Below, one piece after another: positions 41,208 to 51,597 of a DNA stretch of 64,000 bases. The DNA comes from Candidatus Altimarinota bacterium. GTDB taxonomy: Bacteria > Patescibacteriota > Gracilibacteria > UBA4473. The translations under genes and the position numbers were made by a program. Location: assembly GCA_965231215.1 (NCBI GenBank), contig OZ246423.1, positions 64,001 to 128,000 of the forward strand. The letters are read 5' to 3'. How positions within the stretch are numbered: the stretch's first letter is position 1; every line of letters starts with the position of its first letter. The notes under the pieces were generated by a model, which did no database searches, had not been told where the DNA came from, and was given only the letters and a program-made list of their open reading frames with translations.

Positions 41208-42107
41208 ATGAATATTACTGCTTTACGTCGAATTTGGATCAGTTTCTCTGCCTGTTTAGTAGCGCTGAGTCTAGGAGCTTCACTGTTGATAGGACTTAAA
41301 CTTGGGCTTGATTTCACCGGTGGTGCTCGTTGGGACATGCAATTTGAGGCGCCTACAACCCCTCAAGCAATTCAGACCTTCTTTGACGGTCGTACAGAGC
41401 TCACGCAAGAAGTGGATGTGCAAAGATCAGAAGATCAAACCTTTTTGGTAACCATTGAAGATCTAGATGATAAAACTATTCAGACTCTAGCCAGCGACCT
41501 TCGAACTGAAGTCGGAAATTTCACGGAAGTTTCCTATCGAAAAGTCGATGCCACTATCGGGCAAAGTTTTAAACAAAAATCTCTTTATGCCATTGTAGCC
41601 GCACTAACAGGTATTATTCTGTTTGTGGCTTTTGTCTTTCGACGTATTCCCGAAGCCATTAACCCTTGGCGATTTGGAGGGGTGGCCATTATTGCGTTAT
41701 TTCACGATATCGCGATTGTCTTTGGACTGTTTGTGGTTCTTGGAATGATAACAGGTGTCGAACTTGATCTCCCATTTATTACTGCACTATTGGCCACGCT
41801 TGGATTCTCGGTCAATGATACGATTGTGATTTTAGATCGAGTACGAGAAAATATCCGTGTACAAAAAGCTCATGAAACTTTTGAAGATACGGTAGAAAAC
41901 TCAATCCAGCAAACCCTTATGCGATCTATCAACACTTCTATTTCTACTCTACTGCCACTACTTGGGCTCCTATTTCTCGGAGCTGAAGCTATTTTTTACT
42001 TCGTACTAGCCCTTACCGTAGGCATCTTGATTGGAACCTATTCTTCTATTTTCCTAGCGGCTCCATTACTAGTTGAATGGAAATATTGGGCCGATAGACG
42101 CGGCTAA
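41208..42107 (+). CDS. secF: Protein translocase SecF
   Basis: LGLDFTGG, ALFHD, GFSVNDTIVILDRVREN, GTYSSIFLA. Confidence 0.95.
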   Translation: MNITALRRIWISFSACLVALSLGASLLIGLKLGLDFTGGARWDMQFEAPTTPQAIQTFFDGRTELTQEVDVQRSEDQTFLVTIEDLDDKTIQTLASDLRTEVGNFTEVSYRKVDATIGQSFKQKSLYAIVAALTGIILFVAFVFRRIPEAINPWRFGGVAIIALFHDIAIVFGLFVVLGMITGVELDLPFITALLATLGFSVNDTIVILDRVRENIRVQKAHETFEDTVENSIQQTLMRSINTSISTLLPLLGLLFLGAEAIFYFVLALTVGILIGTYSSIFLAAPLLVEWKYWADRRG

Positions 42108-42173
42108 AATTTAGGTTTTGAAAATTAAACAAAAGTAATTAGTATTAAGGCATAATTTAAACACAAAAAAATC

Positions 42174-42770
42174 ATGCCCCCAATTTTAGGTCCGCTTCGT
42201 ACTATGTGGTTCCAACCTAGAGCCACCGCCAAAGACGTCCTCAATTTTGAAGCAACCGAAGGCCTGATTATGTTTATGGCCTTTTTGGCTGGGACATTAG
42301 GCGCTCTCCCAACAGCGGTTCCCCAAATGCTAAGCGAAAATAACACCGCCGTTACCGCCTCTATAGTAAACATTATTGTCGCTGGAATCGTGAGTGTCCC
42401 ATTCTTTTATATAGGGACTTGGATTGTCCAAAAAATAGGCCAGCTCTTAGGCGGTACTGCCGAATTTAGTGATGTACGAATGGCCACTGCTTGGGGGAAC
42501 CTGCTCCCAGGAATGCTGGTAGTCATACTCGTTTCGATTATGGTAGCTCTATCCTTTAAGGCTGAGAATGAGGGTCTTGGACAAATTTTTGGACTCATCC
42601 AACTGATTCTAGGATTTTGGATATTTATGATTTATTTGAACTTTATAGTAGAAGCCAATGACTTTTCTCTACTCAGAGGTTTGATCACCATTATGGTAAG
42701 TTTGATCCTCATTTTTGGTATGGTTATGATAGCAGGAATATTAGCCGTTAACATCGGGCTAAGCTTTTAA
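42174..42770 (+). CDS. Yip1-family membrane protein
   Basis: MWFQPRAT start, 5 TM helices, LLGGTA. Confidence 0.7.
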   Translation: MPPILGPLRTMWFQPRATAKDVLNFEATEGLIMFMAFLAGTLGALPTAVPQMLSENNTAVTASIVNIIVAGIVSVPFFYIGTWIVQKIGQLLGGTAEFSDVRMATAWGNLLPGMLVVILVSIMVALSFKAENEGLGQIFGLIQLILGFWIFMIYLNFIVEANDFSLLRGLITIMVSLILIFGMVMIAGILAVNIGLSF

Positions 42771-42798
42771 GAAGTAATAAAGAAATTCACAGTTTTTT

Positions 42799-43536
42799 AT
42801 GGGGCAATTTAACCTTTTTGAAAACAAAGAAAATATCAAGGCCACTTACCCGCAAGACGTCAAACCTCCAGCTATTGAAGATGGCTGGAAAACCGCTCTA
42901 TCAGCAGAGTTTCAGGCTGATTATTTTAAAACACTAAAAGCCTTTTTAACCGCTGAAATAAAGGCAAAAAAGGTCATCTATCCTCATCCAAAAAATATCT
43001 TTAAAGCCTTTAATCAGTGTGCCTTTGATAACACCAAAGTCGTTCTTTTAGGACAAGATCCCTATCATGGCCCAGGACAAGCAAATGGTCTTTCTTTCTC
43101 CGTAAACAAGGGCGTCAGAATTCCACCCAGTCTACAGAATATTTATAAAGAAATTCATGATGATTTAGGGTACCCAATCCCTACACATGGGAATTTAGAA
43201 TACTGGGCCAATCAAGGCGTTTTATGCCTAAACGCTACCCTTACCGTAGCACATAAAAAGCCTACTTCCCATAGTGGGCAAGGCTGGGAAATTTTCACCG
43301 ATAACGTTATAAAAATCTTGTCAGATAAAAAAGAAAATGTTGTCTTTCTCTTGTGGGGTAGTTTTGCTAGATCCAAAAAAACACTCATAGATCCTCAGAA
43401 ACACCATATTCTAGAAGCTCCACATCCATCCCCTTTTTCAGCCCACAGCGGCTTTTTTGGGTGTAAACATTTTTCACAGACTAACCAGCTTTTAACCCAA
43501 AACAATTTAACTCCCATTGATTGGCAAAATCCCTAA
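42799..43536 (+). CDS. ung: Uracil-DNA glycosylase family 1
   Basis: GQDPYHG, PPSLQNIYKE, QGVLCLN, HPSPFS. Confidence 0.95.
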   Translation: MGQFNLFENKENIKATYPQDVKPPAIEDGWKTALSAEFQADYFKTLKAFLTAEIKAKKVIYPHPKNIFKAFNQCAFDNTKVVLLGQDPYHGPGQANGLSFSVNKGVRIPPSLQNIYKEIHDDLGYPIPTHGNLEYWANQGVLCLNATLTVAHKKPTSHSGQGWEIFTDNVIKILSDKKENVVFLLWGSFARSKKTLIDPQKHHILEAPHPSPFSAHSGFFGCKHFSQTNQLLTQNNLTPIDWQNP

Positions 43537-43695
43537 TTATATAAATACAATTTTTTAAAAATAAAAAAACTTTACAAATATAAAATTTTATCAATAGTAG
43601 CTTCGTAACATAAAAAATAAATCCAAAAAGAAATCCTTATCAAAAAGGGTTCCTTTTTTATTTTTTACCACAAAATTCTTTAATTTTTTTCACCC

Positions 43696-44385
43696 ATGAA
43701 AAATTTCTTTGCCGCTCTAGTGGTGTTTGCTGGGAGCTTTATCTCACTTTCTGCACTAGCTCATCAAGCCGATAGTGATGGAAGTCGTGATCACTATCAT
43801 CCTCATTATCATCAAAACCACAGCATTTCTGATCATTTTAGAGGCAGTCGTAACTACGATTATAACCAATACCAGTACAAAACTCACAATAGAGTTGATG
43901 TTTTTGAGGCCTTTAATAATGGAAATGCTGTACTTTTTACGCATGATAATGATCACCATTTTGATTTTTTCAAAAAATCTCAGTATGAAAAACCTACTTA
44001 CAATCATCAAAATAAATGTAACCTTTATCCAAAACAAGCTACTTACTACTCACGAGAAGTTCCCGTTTACCGATATGCTCTGATTGCCCCTCCACAAAAA
44101 AATGTAAATCAAACTTACCACCAACCGCCTTACGCTTATTCAAGCTGTGCAGGCAAAAATTGTTGCCAAGACTGTAAACCCGCTCGACCTTGGCAGCTAA
44201 AAAGTCTTGTTGGCTACCAAAACCGAAGCTACCGAGCCCCTTCTGAATACAACCCAGACTGCTACAAAAACCGAGTTTATACTCCAAACGCCTACCAAAA
44301 CTACCGCCACTATGATGATAGGCATAGATACCAAAGCCACTCACCGTACAAGACTCACAAAACTTACACCTGTGATAATTGTTAA
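43696..44385 (+). CDS. Secreted His/Tyr/Cys-rich hypothetical protein
   Basis: Sec signal MKNFFAALVVFAGSFISLSALA; biased composition. Confidence 0.65.
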   Translation: MKNFFAALVVFAGSFISLSALAHQADSDGSRDHYHPHYHQNHSISDHFRGSRNYDYNQYQYKTHNRVDVFEAFNNGNAVLFTHDNDHHFDFFKKSQYEKPTYNHQNKCNLYPKQATYYSREVPVYRYALIAPPQKNVNQTYHQPPYAYSSCAGKNCCQDCKPARPWQLKSLVGYQNRSYRAPSEYNPDCYKNRVYTPNAYQNYRHYDDRHRYQSHSPYKTHKTYTCDNC

Positions 44386-44407
44386 GCCCCAGCTCTCGAG
44401 ATTTACA

Positions 44408-44442
44408 ACAAAACCCAAGACTAAGATCCTTGGGTTTTTTGT
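44408..44442. terminator. Bidirectional terminator between convergent genes
   Basis: ACAAAACCCAAG...CTTGGGTTTTTTGT. Confidence 0.7.
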
Positions 44443-45200
44443 TTGCGCTCCCAGATAAACGATTGAAAAAACGAAGCATAAAGCAAAAACATGATCGCCA
44501 TCAGGTCAAATATTTGAGCTAGCTTAAACCCAAAAAATACGGAAGGTTCTCCCCCTCTCCAGAACTGCAGTACAAAATCAATAAGAAAGAAATACAGGAG
44601 TGTTTGATAAAAAAGTTTCCCTGGAATCTTACTAAAACTATTAAAATTCTTTCGCACCCACTGTAATAAAAAAAAGTGGCAGATAAATCCATACAAGGTT
44701 ACTGGATGAACAGGGTTGAGAATTTCTACTCCAAAAGTTTCATACTGAACTCCCCACGGCAGAATCGTTTCGGTACCATAGACTCTTCCCGTCAAAAACC
44801 CAGCCAGATCAACTACCAGCACCGCTAACAAAAAAGACGGCATTCCTACATCTATCCATTTATAAAAAGGTTTATTATGCCTTTTAAGGTCGATATACAT
44901 AGTGAGTAAAAACCCCGTCAACACCCCAAAGAAATTTAGTTCTCCTTCCCAAAACGCGGCGTAGGTAAAAATTCCGTATTGATCAAAGGCTCCAACATTC
45001 AGTATTACCGCTACTAACCTTCCCAAAAGAATCCCTCCTAAAAGCCAGCGCCAATAGTGATGTAAGAAAAAATCTTTAGAAAAATTATGCTGTTCTAACG
45101 CTCTATAATAGTGCCAAGAGCCTAAGGCAAACGCCAAACTCAAAAATATCCCGTAAATTTTCAGGGCAAAAACACCAAAGTTTATCTGTGAAAAATTCAT
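44421..45200 (-). CDS. Lgt-like membrane protein with degenerate catalytic motifs
   Basis: IYG, GRL, WEG, YGTET.LPWG, HPVTLY backbone of Lgt; start placed at MNFSQ. Confidence 0.75.
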   Translation of the reverse strand: MNFSQINFGVFALKIYGIFLSLAFALGSWHYYRALEQHNFSKDFFLHHYWRWLLGGILLGRLVAVILNVGAFDQYGIFTYAAFWEGELNFFGVLTGFLLTMYIDLKRHNKPFYKWIDVGMPSFLLAVLVVDLAGFLTGRVYGTETILPWGVQYETFGVEILNPVHPVTLYGFICHFFLLQWVRKNFNSFSKIPGKLFYQTLLYFFLIDFVLQFWRGGEPSVFFGFKLAQIFDLMAIMFLLYASFFQSFIWERKQKTQGS

Positions 45201-45254
45201 CGAACCTATTTTTAAGTATCCCCAAACAATCTTCAACTCAAAAACCATTTTAAT

Positions 45255-45343
45255 ACTCAGAGTCTTGTGGGTTCCCTAAGAATTAAAATACCTATTTTAG
45301 AAAGGGGTTTCGTAGGGAGAAACTAGTTTTCCCCTACGCATTC
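45255..45343. repeat. Structured intergenic repeat family B, copy 3 (diverged)
   Basis: GAGTCTTGTGGGTT at 45260-45273 plus hairpin 45311-45338. Confidence 0.5.
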
Positions 45344-46510
45344 TTACACCCAATAAAAAATTACCGGGAACTGCACTGAGTACACAAATATCGCCAATCC
45401 TGTACTTCCTAAAACGATAATTCGATCGCGCCAAGAAAACCCAGGATAAAAACGATAAAAGTAAAATGAAATCAGCATAATCATCGATAATCCAATCATA
45501 TACCAAATCAGTGACGAATAGAGAAAAAAACTACTTCTCTCAATATCCTTCTCAAAAACAATTTGGGCCAAATTCCAAATCAAAAATCCGCCACAAACCA
45601 AAAATAAAAAGCCAAAAGTAAGATAGAAAATATTAACCAGTGCCTCAAAAAATTTAATCTCTGAGACTGTTTCTTTAAGCCCCTCCGTATCAATTTTGGC
45701 TAGTTGAACCTGAAGATCAATAAGTCCTTTACTAATAGCCTTATCAAACTTGGTTCCAACTGCCTGAAATTTAGATCTACGGCGATTAATTTCTTCTTTT
45801 AGTTCGGCCGGAATATTGGCATCCTGCAAGAAAATTTCATCACTCGTAATTTGAGTCAAAAGGCGCTTTGTGAGACTTTTAAGATGGGAAACTGAATTCG
45901 AATGTTTCAGCCTCATTAAAAGGTTAATCCGCTCCTCAATTTCTCGTTTTTTTCCAGAATCAATAAACTCAGAGTTTTCTTCTAGCAGTGGAATTACTTC
46001 AGAAAGCACTGAATCAATCTTTTCCATCATAAATTTCCGCTCTTCTTCATTCGCCTCTACCGCTTCTTGAACCTCATCATGCTTTACTTCTACTTTTTTA
46101 CCTTTCTTTTTGGCTCGTCTTTCATCCAGTTTAATTTCTACCTGAAGACGGTCTTCAAGTTCTTTTTCAATTCCAGCGGCTTTTTGAGCCTCTTTTTGGC
46201 TCGGCGCCATAGTGGTATCGATCAGATAGTACACCTCTAATTCATATTCCCTTCTCAATTTTTTATACGCTCCGTAACGATCCTCGGCTTCTATCGTTCC
46301 TCGAATCTTTTTATGCATTTGGTTCATAGCCTCAAAGTCAAAGACTTTAAGCCCTGAAGCCATTTGCTCATCTTTTGGTTCTTCAAGAGTCAAAATAGAC
46401 AACCCCCCTGCCTTTAACTTATCTCGTGCAGCATCCAAAGATGCGGCACTCACATACCCAGAAATTTGTTTTCCTTCGGGAGTTACGGCCTGAAAATAAT
46501 ATTTTCTCAT
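45344..46510 (-). CDS. Membrane protein with two PilC/GspF N-terminal-like repeats, a coiled coil and C-terminal TMs
   Basis: YYFQAVTPEGKQISGYVSAASLDAARDKL and FDFEAMNQMHKKIRGTIEAEDRYGAYKKL. Confidence 0.65.
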   Translation of the reverse strand: MRKYYFQAVTPEGKQISGYVSAASLDAARDKLKAGGLSILTLEEPKDEQMASGLKVFDFEAMNQMHKKIRGTIEAEDRYGAYKKLRREYELEVYYLIDTTMAPSQKEAQKAAGIEKELEDRLQVEIKLDERRAKKKGKKVEVKHDEVQEAVEANEEERKFMMEKIDSVLSEVIPLLEENSEFIDSGKKREIEERINLLMRLKHSNSVSHLKSLTKRLLTQITSDEIFLQDANIPAELKEEINRRRSKFQAVGTKFDKAISKGLIDLQVQLAKIDTEGLKETVSEIKFFEALVNIFYLTFGFLFLVCGGFLIWNLAQIVFEKDIERSSFFLYSSLIWYMIGLSMIMLISFYFYRFYPGFSWRDRIIVLGSTGLAIFVYSVQFPVIFYWV

Positions 46511-46603
46511 AAAAATATAATCCCGCGATTATAGCATAAATTACATTAATCTTCCAGCTCCTAGAGCGGGTTTAGACAAAGTTTTGATTGACTTTAATTA
46601 TTC

Positions 46604-48211
46604 TTATTTTATTGAGGCTCCCACAAAATCTCTAAACAACGGATGTGGCTCAAATGGTCTGCTTTTCAGTTCTGGATGAAACTGTCCCGCTACCATAAAT
46701 TTATGTCCTTTTATCTCTACAATCTCTACGAGTTTTGATTGTGGATTTCTTCCAGAAATTACAAAGTCACTCCCTTCAAATTTTGGTAAAAATTCATCAT
46801 TAAATTCATATCGGTGTCGGTGTCGCTCAGATATTTTTGTCGTTTTATAAACAGAATAAGCTTTAGTCCCTTTCCTAATTTCACAATCATAAGCTCCAAG
46901 CCGCATGGTCCCCCCTTTTCTTCGAATATTTTTTTGTTCAGGAATAAAGTGAATCACATGATGTTTCGATTTGCCTTCTTTATCAAATTCTTCTGATGTA
47001 GCATCTTTAAGACCTAAGGCATTTCGAGCATATTCTATAGCCATAATTTGGCTTCCAAGGCACAACCCTAGATAGGGTTTATTATTGGTTCTACAGTAGT
47101 TGGCGACCTGAATTTTCCCCTCAATACCTCGATTTCCAAATCCTCCGGGGACTACCACTCCAGCCACACTTTTTAGTTTTTCCCATTCATCCGTATCTTT
47201 TTGTTCAATCAGTTCTGTATCGATCCATTCAATATTTACTTTTTTCCCATGGAAATAACCGGCCGATTTAGCGGCCTCAATCACCGATAAATAAGCGTCA
47301 TCAAGGTCGTTGTATTTTCCAGCCAGACCAATCGTAATTTCACTTTTAGTTCTGATAATTTTTTGAACCCCTGCCTCCCAGGATTCGAGGTTAAATTTTT
47401 TCGTTTTAAGATTTAGTTTCCGAGCCAATACATCTCCTACTCCATGTTTTTCAAACCGAAGTGGCACTTCATAAATAGACTTTACAGTTTCGGCTGGTAT
47501 CACACATTCTTCTGGCACATCGCAAAAGTACGCGACTTTTTTCAGCAATTTCTTCGGAATTTTTACATCGGCTCTTGTAAAAATCATATCTGGATGAATT
47601 CCTACACGTCTAAGTTCTCGAACTGACAATTGAGTTGGTTTAGTTTTCAGTTCTCCAGAGGCCGCTAAATATGGCAGTAAGGTTAAATGAAGTGAAACCA
47701 AATCACTTCCATATTTATTTTTCATCTGCCTAATCACTTCCAAAAATGGTTCTCCTTCAATATCCCCAACCGTTCCTCCAATTTCTACTACTAGCACATC
47801 TACCTCCATTTTTTTCGCAGCTAGTTCCACCTTCTGAATAATCTTATTGGTAATGTGTGGCACTACCTGGATCGTTCCACCAAGGTACTTCCCTTCTCTT
47901 TCTTCGGCTAACACTTCACTATACACTCTTCCTGTCGTTACCGTACACACCCCGCTCAATGGCGTATCAATAAATCTCTCATAGTGTCCCAAATCTAGAT
48001 CCGTTTCACTTCCATCATCCAACACAAAAACCTCTCCATGCTGAAACGGACTCATCGTCCCTGGATCTACATTCAAATAAGGATCAAGCTTCATTATAGC
48101 TACTTTGACCCCTCCGGATTTGAGTATTGCCGCAGTACTAGAAGCCACTATTCCCTTTCCTAAACTACTACAAACTCCACCCGTAACGAAAACAAATTTT
48201 GTATTAACCAT
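46604..48211 (-). CDS. pyrG: CTP synthase
   Basis: VTGGVCSSLGKG, DPYLNVDPGTMSP, KTKPTQ, GLCLG, ERHRHRYE, QFHPE. Confidence 0.97.
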   Translation of the reverse strand: MVNTKFVFVTGGVCSSLGKGIVASSTAAILKSGGVKVAIMKLDPYLNVDPGTMSPFQHGEVFVLDDGSETDLDLGHYERFIDTPLSGVCTVTTGRVYSEVLAEEREGKYLGGTIQVVPHITNKIIQKVELAAKKMEVDVLVVEIGGTVGDIEGEPFLEVIRQMKNKYGSDLVSLHLTLLPYLAASGELKTKPTQLSVRELRRVGIHPDMIFTRADVKIPKKLLKKVAYFCDVPEECVIPAETVKSIYEVPLRFEKHGVGDVLARKLNLKTKKFNLESWEAGVQKIIRTKSEITIGLAGKYNDLDDAYLSVIEAAKSAGYFHGKKVNIEWIDTELIEQKDTDEWEKLKSVAGVVVPGGFGNRGIEGKIQVANYCRTNNKPYLGLCLGSQIMAIEYARNALGLKDATSEEFDKEGKSKHHVIHFIPEQKNIRRKGGTMRLGAYDCEIRKGTKAYSVYKTTKISERHRHRYEFNDEFLPKFEGSDFVISGRNPQSKLVEIVEIKGHKFMVAGQFHPELKSRPFEPHPLFRDFVGASIK

Positions 48212-48505
48212 TACGGGCTTTAAGTGTAACCCGGAATGTTAGGAAATCAAAAAAAATAGTGTAGTTTTTACAATAAACTATTTTATTTCAATGAATGCAG
48301 GATACACCTACCCCTACATTAAATAGGCAAATGCAACGAGGAGGAAGCGCCACTAAGCAATACAGAAATCAAAAAATTAAACGAAACCATGAGAACTTCA
48401 AAGAAAGTAAGATATATTGCAAGCAGATCGGATTTTTAGTTACAAATAAGAGTTAGATTGATAACTTTTTAAAATAACTATAAAGACACTTTCCAAAGTG
48501 TTTGT

Positions 48506-48518
48506 TTTATGATATAAT
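48506..48518 (+). promoter_or_regulatory. Extended -10 promoter TTTATGATATAAT
   Basis: 26 nt upstream of 48545; inverted repeat ACACTTT-CC-AAAGTGT at 48486-48501. Confidence 0.65.
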
Positions 48519-48544
48519 GAGCTATTAAAAATAAATACAAACCC

Positions 48545-50206
48545 ATGAAATCCCACCAACATATCGTTTTTGCTCCAGAGGCAAAGTACATTTTTAAAGA
48601 CCCAGAAGCAGGGCGAGATCATCACACAGGGAGTGGCGAAAAAACTATCCCAAAAATTGAAGATCTAATGAAACAGCATCATGAAAATCCTACACCTGAA
48701 ACTCAGGCGGCTATTGATGCTTTTATTAAACAAAAAATTCAAGAAATCCAAAGAGGACGTGATCCAAAAAATGGAGTATTAATGGCAGAAGCGTTAAATC
48801 AACAAATTGCAGATGCAAAAGCAAAATATCCAAATGCCGCTGAAGTCGTAGAGAAACATGCTCCAGCAATTCAAAAACATTTGGATAAAACAGATGAAAA
48901 AGACCAACCAGCGGCTAAAGATGCCTTGAAACCTGAAGAAGTAACCAAACTTCAAGAAGAAGCGAAGACTATTAAACCTGAAGAATTTTTAAAAAAAGAC
49001 AAAAAGTCTCAACTGGCTATGGTAACTGAAGGGGGTGAAACTCCAGGAGCCATTAAACCTGGAAAAGAAATAACCTTTAAATTTGATGAAGCGGGAAATG
49101 AAGATCTCTATAAGAAAACAACCCTTGGTACAGTGATGCCAGCCAACGTACGAGCTGTAGAAGCTGATGGAGTCAAATATATTCGTCGAGGCATGACTGG
49201 TGAATTTTTTAATGAGCAAGGCGTTCGTCTTAAAATTCATAACGGAACAAAAGTAAAAGTTGCTTCAGAAGGGGGATACATAAAAGAAGACAGTGAAGAG
49301 TTCAAAAAATTACAGGATGCGGCTAAAGCCAAAGCAGATACAGCGATTAAACAGCACGGTGTAGAAAAAGGACATAAATTCTACGAAAGGTATAACAAAG
49401 TGGCTCAAATGGCATCAGAAAAAGGAGTTGATCCGCAACTCGCTCTACTTTTGGCTAAAAGTAAATCTTTCAATGCCATTGCCGATGATAAAGACTTTTT
49501 ACCAAAATTTGAAGACGCTCTTACAGAATTCCACAGGGGAACTGACGGTTCAAGTAAAGATAAAATTTATGATAAAGATGGGAATTTAAACTTAAATGAA
49601 GCATCAAATTGGATTCGAACTTTTGTAGAGGATAATGAAACGGGAAAAGAAATACTAAAAGCTATAAAAAACAAAGAAGGTAAAGCTCTTTACGATAACA
49701 AAGATATTGAAGAGGCTTTCAGCCTAACAAAAGCCACTCAGCTTAGTAAAGCTGAATTTGCAAAGTTTGCCTGGGAGCAGGGTAAAAAAGTAGAAGCTAA
49801 ATATCCAGGCGTTCCAACAGAGGCCGTATTTGCAACTGCTGGTCTAGAGTCTGGATGGGGAACTAGTTCCTTAGCTAAAGACGTTAATGCAGTTTTTGGA
49901 ATAGGAGGCAATAATGGGAAAGGAAGATTTTCTACTGGTGATGGGCATACAAAAAGAGGTTATGATTCACTAGAAGCATCCTTTATGGATTATGGAAGTT
50001 TTCTTCAAGGAAAACGATATAAAGGCATAGTTACAAAGTACGCACCAATTTTTAAAAAAATTCCAATAGGAAGTGCAGAAAGGAAGCCGCATGTAAGACA
50101 ATTCTTAACAGAAATTGCACAAGCTGGATACAACCCTAAAGGAGCCACCTATGCAGGTCATGTAATGAAAATGCTTGAAGGAAGCATGGCTAATAATATA
50201 ACCTAA
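48545..50206 (+). CDS. Effector-family protein with a C-terminal GH73/FlgJ-like glucosaminidase domain
   Basis: LESGWGTS, NAVFGI, YDSLEASFMDY, RY, AGYNP..YA; N-terminal KYIFK; GVDPQLAL core. Confidence 0.82.
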   Translation: MKSHQHIVFAPEAKYIFKDPEAGRDHHTGSGEKTIPKIEDLMKQHHENPTPETQAAIDAFIKQKIQEIQRGRDPKNGVLMAEALNQQIADAKAKYPNAAEVVEKHAPAIQKHLDKTDEKDQPAAKDALKPEEVTKLQEEAKTIKPEEFLKKDKKSQLAMVTEGGETPGAIKPGKEITFKFDEAGNEDLYKKTTLGTVMPANVRAVEADGVKYIRRGMTGEFFNEQGVRLKIHNGTKVKVASEGGYIKEDSEEFKKLQDAAKAKADTAIKQHGVEKGHKFYERYNKVAQMASEKGVDPQLALLLAKSKSFNAIADDKDFLPKFEDALTEFHRGTDGSSKDKIYDKDGNLNLNEASNWIRTFVEDNETGKEILKAIKNKEGKALYDNKDIEEAFSLTKATQLSKAEFAKFAWEQGKKVEAKYPGVPTEAVFATAGLESGWGTSSLAKDVNAVFGIGGNNGKGRFSTGDGHTKRGYDSLEASFMDYGSFLQGKRYKGIVTKYAPIFKKIPIGSAERKPHVRQFLTEIAQAGYNPKGATYAGHVMKMLEGSMANNIT

Positions 50207-51258
50207 AACAGACCTTTCTGCCCCACAGGCGCCCCCAAACCTAAATGCATAAAAGCACTCTCCGTTGCCATCCGGCCTCGGGGGGTCTTTTGTAAAAGCC
50301 CTTCACGGATAAGAAAGGGTTCAATACTGTCTTCTAAAGTGGCTTCTTCCTCTCCTATCGCTGAAGCGAGGGTAGAAAGTCCTACTGGCCCTCCACCAAA
50401 TTTTTCACATAAAATTTTAAGATATTCTTGATCCGAAAAATCTAAACCTTTTTCATCAACTGATAGATCTTTGAGGCCATCATCAACTACTTTTTTAGTG
50501 ATATGTCCTTCATGCAGTACTTCAGCAAAATCTCGCATTCGTCGAAGCAACCTATTGGCTACTCGTGGTGTACACCGACAACAATGAGAGAGTTTTTCCG
50601 CCGCATCATCATTGATCTGAATTGCTAAAATATCAGCCGATTGAGCCAAAATAGACTGAATTTCTTTGGGTTCGTAAAATCGAAGTTTTTCAATATGACC
50701 AAATCGGTCTCTAAGTGGATTTGAAACTTTTGATATCTGTGTTGTAGCCCCCACCAAAGTAAACTTAGGCACATTAATACGCATTGTTCTGGCACTTGGC
50801 CCCTTACCAATAACCAAGTCAATCGCAAAATCTTCCATAGCCGTATACAAAATTTCTTCCACGGGCATCCTCAGTCTATGAATCTCATCAATAAACAAAA
50901 AATCTCCTTCTTGCAGGTTAGACAAAATAGAAGCTAGATCCCCTGGTTTTTCTAACGCTGGGCCAGAGGTCACACGCAGATTCGTTTCCATTTCACTAGC
51001 CAAGATCATAGCCAGCGTTGTTTTTCCCAGGCCAGGAGGGCCATAAAAAATAGTATGATCCAGCGCTTCTCCCCTATTTTTGGCGGCCTTTAAAAATACT
51101 TTTAGGTTCCTCTTTACTTCCTCTTGTCCCACATAACCTGAAAAATCTTTAGGCCTGAGTTGGTTTTCAAACACTTCGGTCTCTGAATTCCCAGCAGTAG
51201 AAACGACGGAATCTGATGTGGAATTTTTGGATGTATTTTCTTCTTCTATAATCGCCAT
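50203..51258 (-). CDS. ruvB: Holliday junction helicase RuvB
   Basis: LRPKDF, GPPGLGKTT, FIDEIHRL, LRDRFG, GGPVG, TPRGR. Confidence 0.97.
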   Translation of the reverse strand: MAIIEEENTSKNSTSDSVVSTAGNSETEVFENQLRPKDFSGYVGQEEVKRNLKVFLKAAKNRGEALDHTIFYGPPGLGKTTLAMILASEMETNLRVTSGPALEKPGDLASILSNLQEGDFLFIDEIHRLRMPVEEILYTAMEDFAIDLVIGKGPSARTMRINVPKFTLVGATTQISKVSNPLRDRFGHIEKLRFYEPKEIQSILAQSADILAIQINDDAAEKLSHCCRCTPRVANRLLRRMRDFAEVLHEGHITKKVVDDGLKDLSVDEKGLDFSDQEYLKILCEKFGGGPVGLSTLASAIGEEEATLEDSIEPFLIREGLLQKTPRGRMATESAFMHLGLGAPVGQKGLF

Positions 51259-51273
51259 CTACCACATTATGGT

Positions 51274-51537
51274 TTATTGATGACCAATGATCAATTGTTT
51301 CTGAGCTTCAATAACCGCTGGTTTAATAATTACTTTTTTTACATTCATAAAATGAACAATTTTTTTGTTCAAAAAAGAAAGTTTATCCAAGGCTTCAACT
51401 TCCTTAACCACATATCCACCTCTACCTGAAGCTTTTTGATGAGTATCAAAAACCAGCCTACCATCCTGAACCGTAAACCGAAAAAAAGTTTCGGCTTCAT
51501 CTTTTTTCCCCGTAACTAGGCAGGTTCTAAGAGGCAT
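51274..51537 (-). CDS. YlxR/DUF448 family protein
   Basis: PLRTCLVTG, GRGGYV. Confidence 0.8.
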   Translation of the reverse strand: MPLRTCLVTGKKDEAETFFRFTVQDGRLVFDTHQKASGRGGYVVKEVEALDKLSFLNKKIVHFMNVKKVIIKPAVIEAQKQLIIGHQ

Positions 51538-51597
51538 TTTTATAAAAATGAGTCCCTAAACCGAAATTCAGGAACTCAATACAAAATATTAGTAAAA

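Noticed and set aside
48212-48500. Possible ncRNA in the long pyrG-effector intergenic region
   Set aside because: No recognisable RNA family or convincing structure beyond a degenerate family B motif
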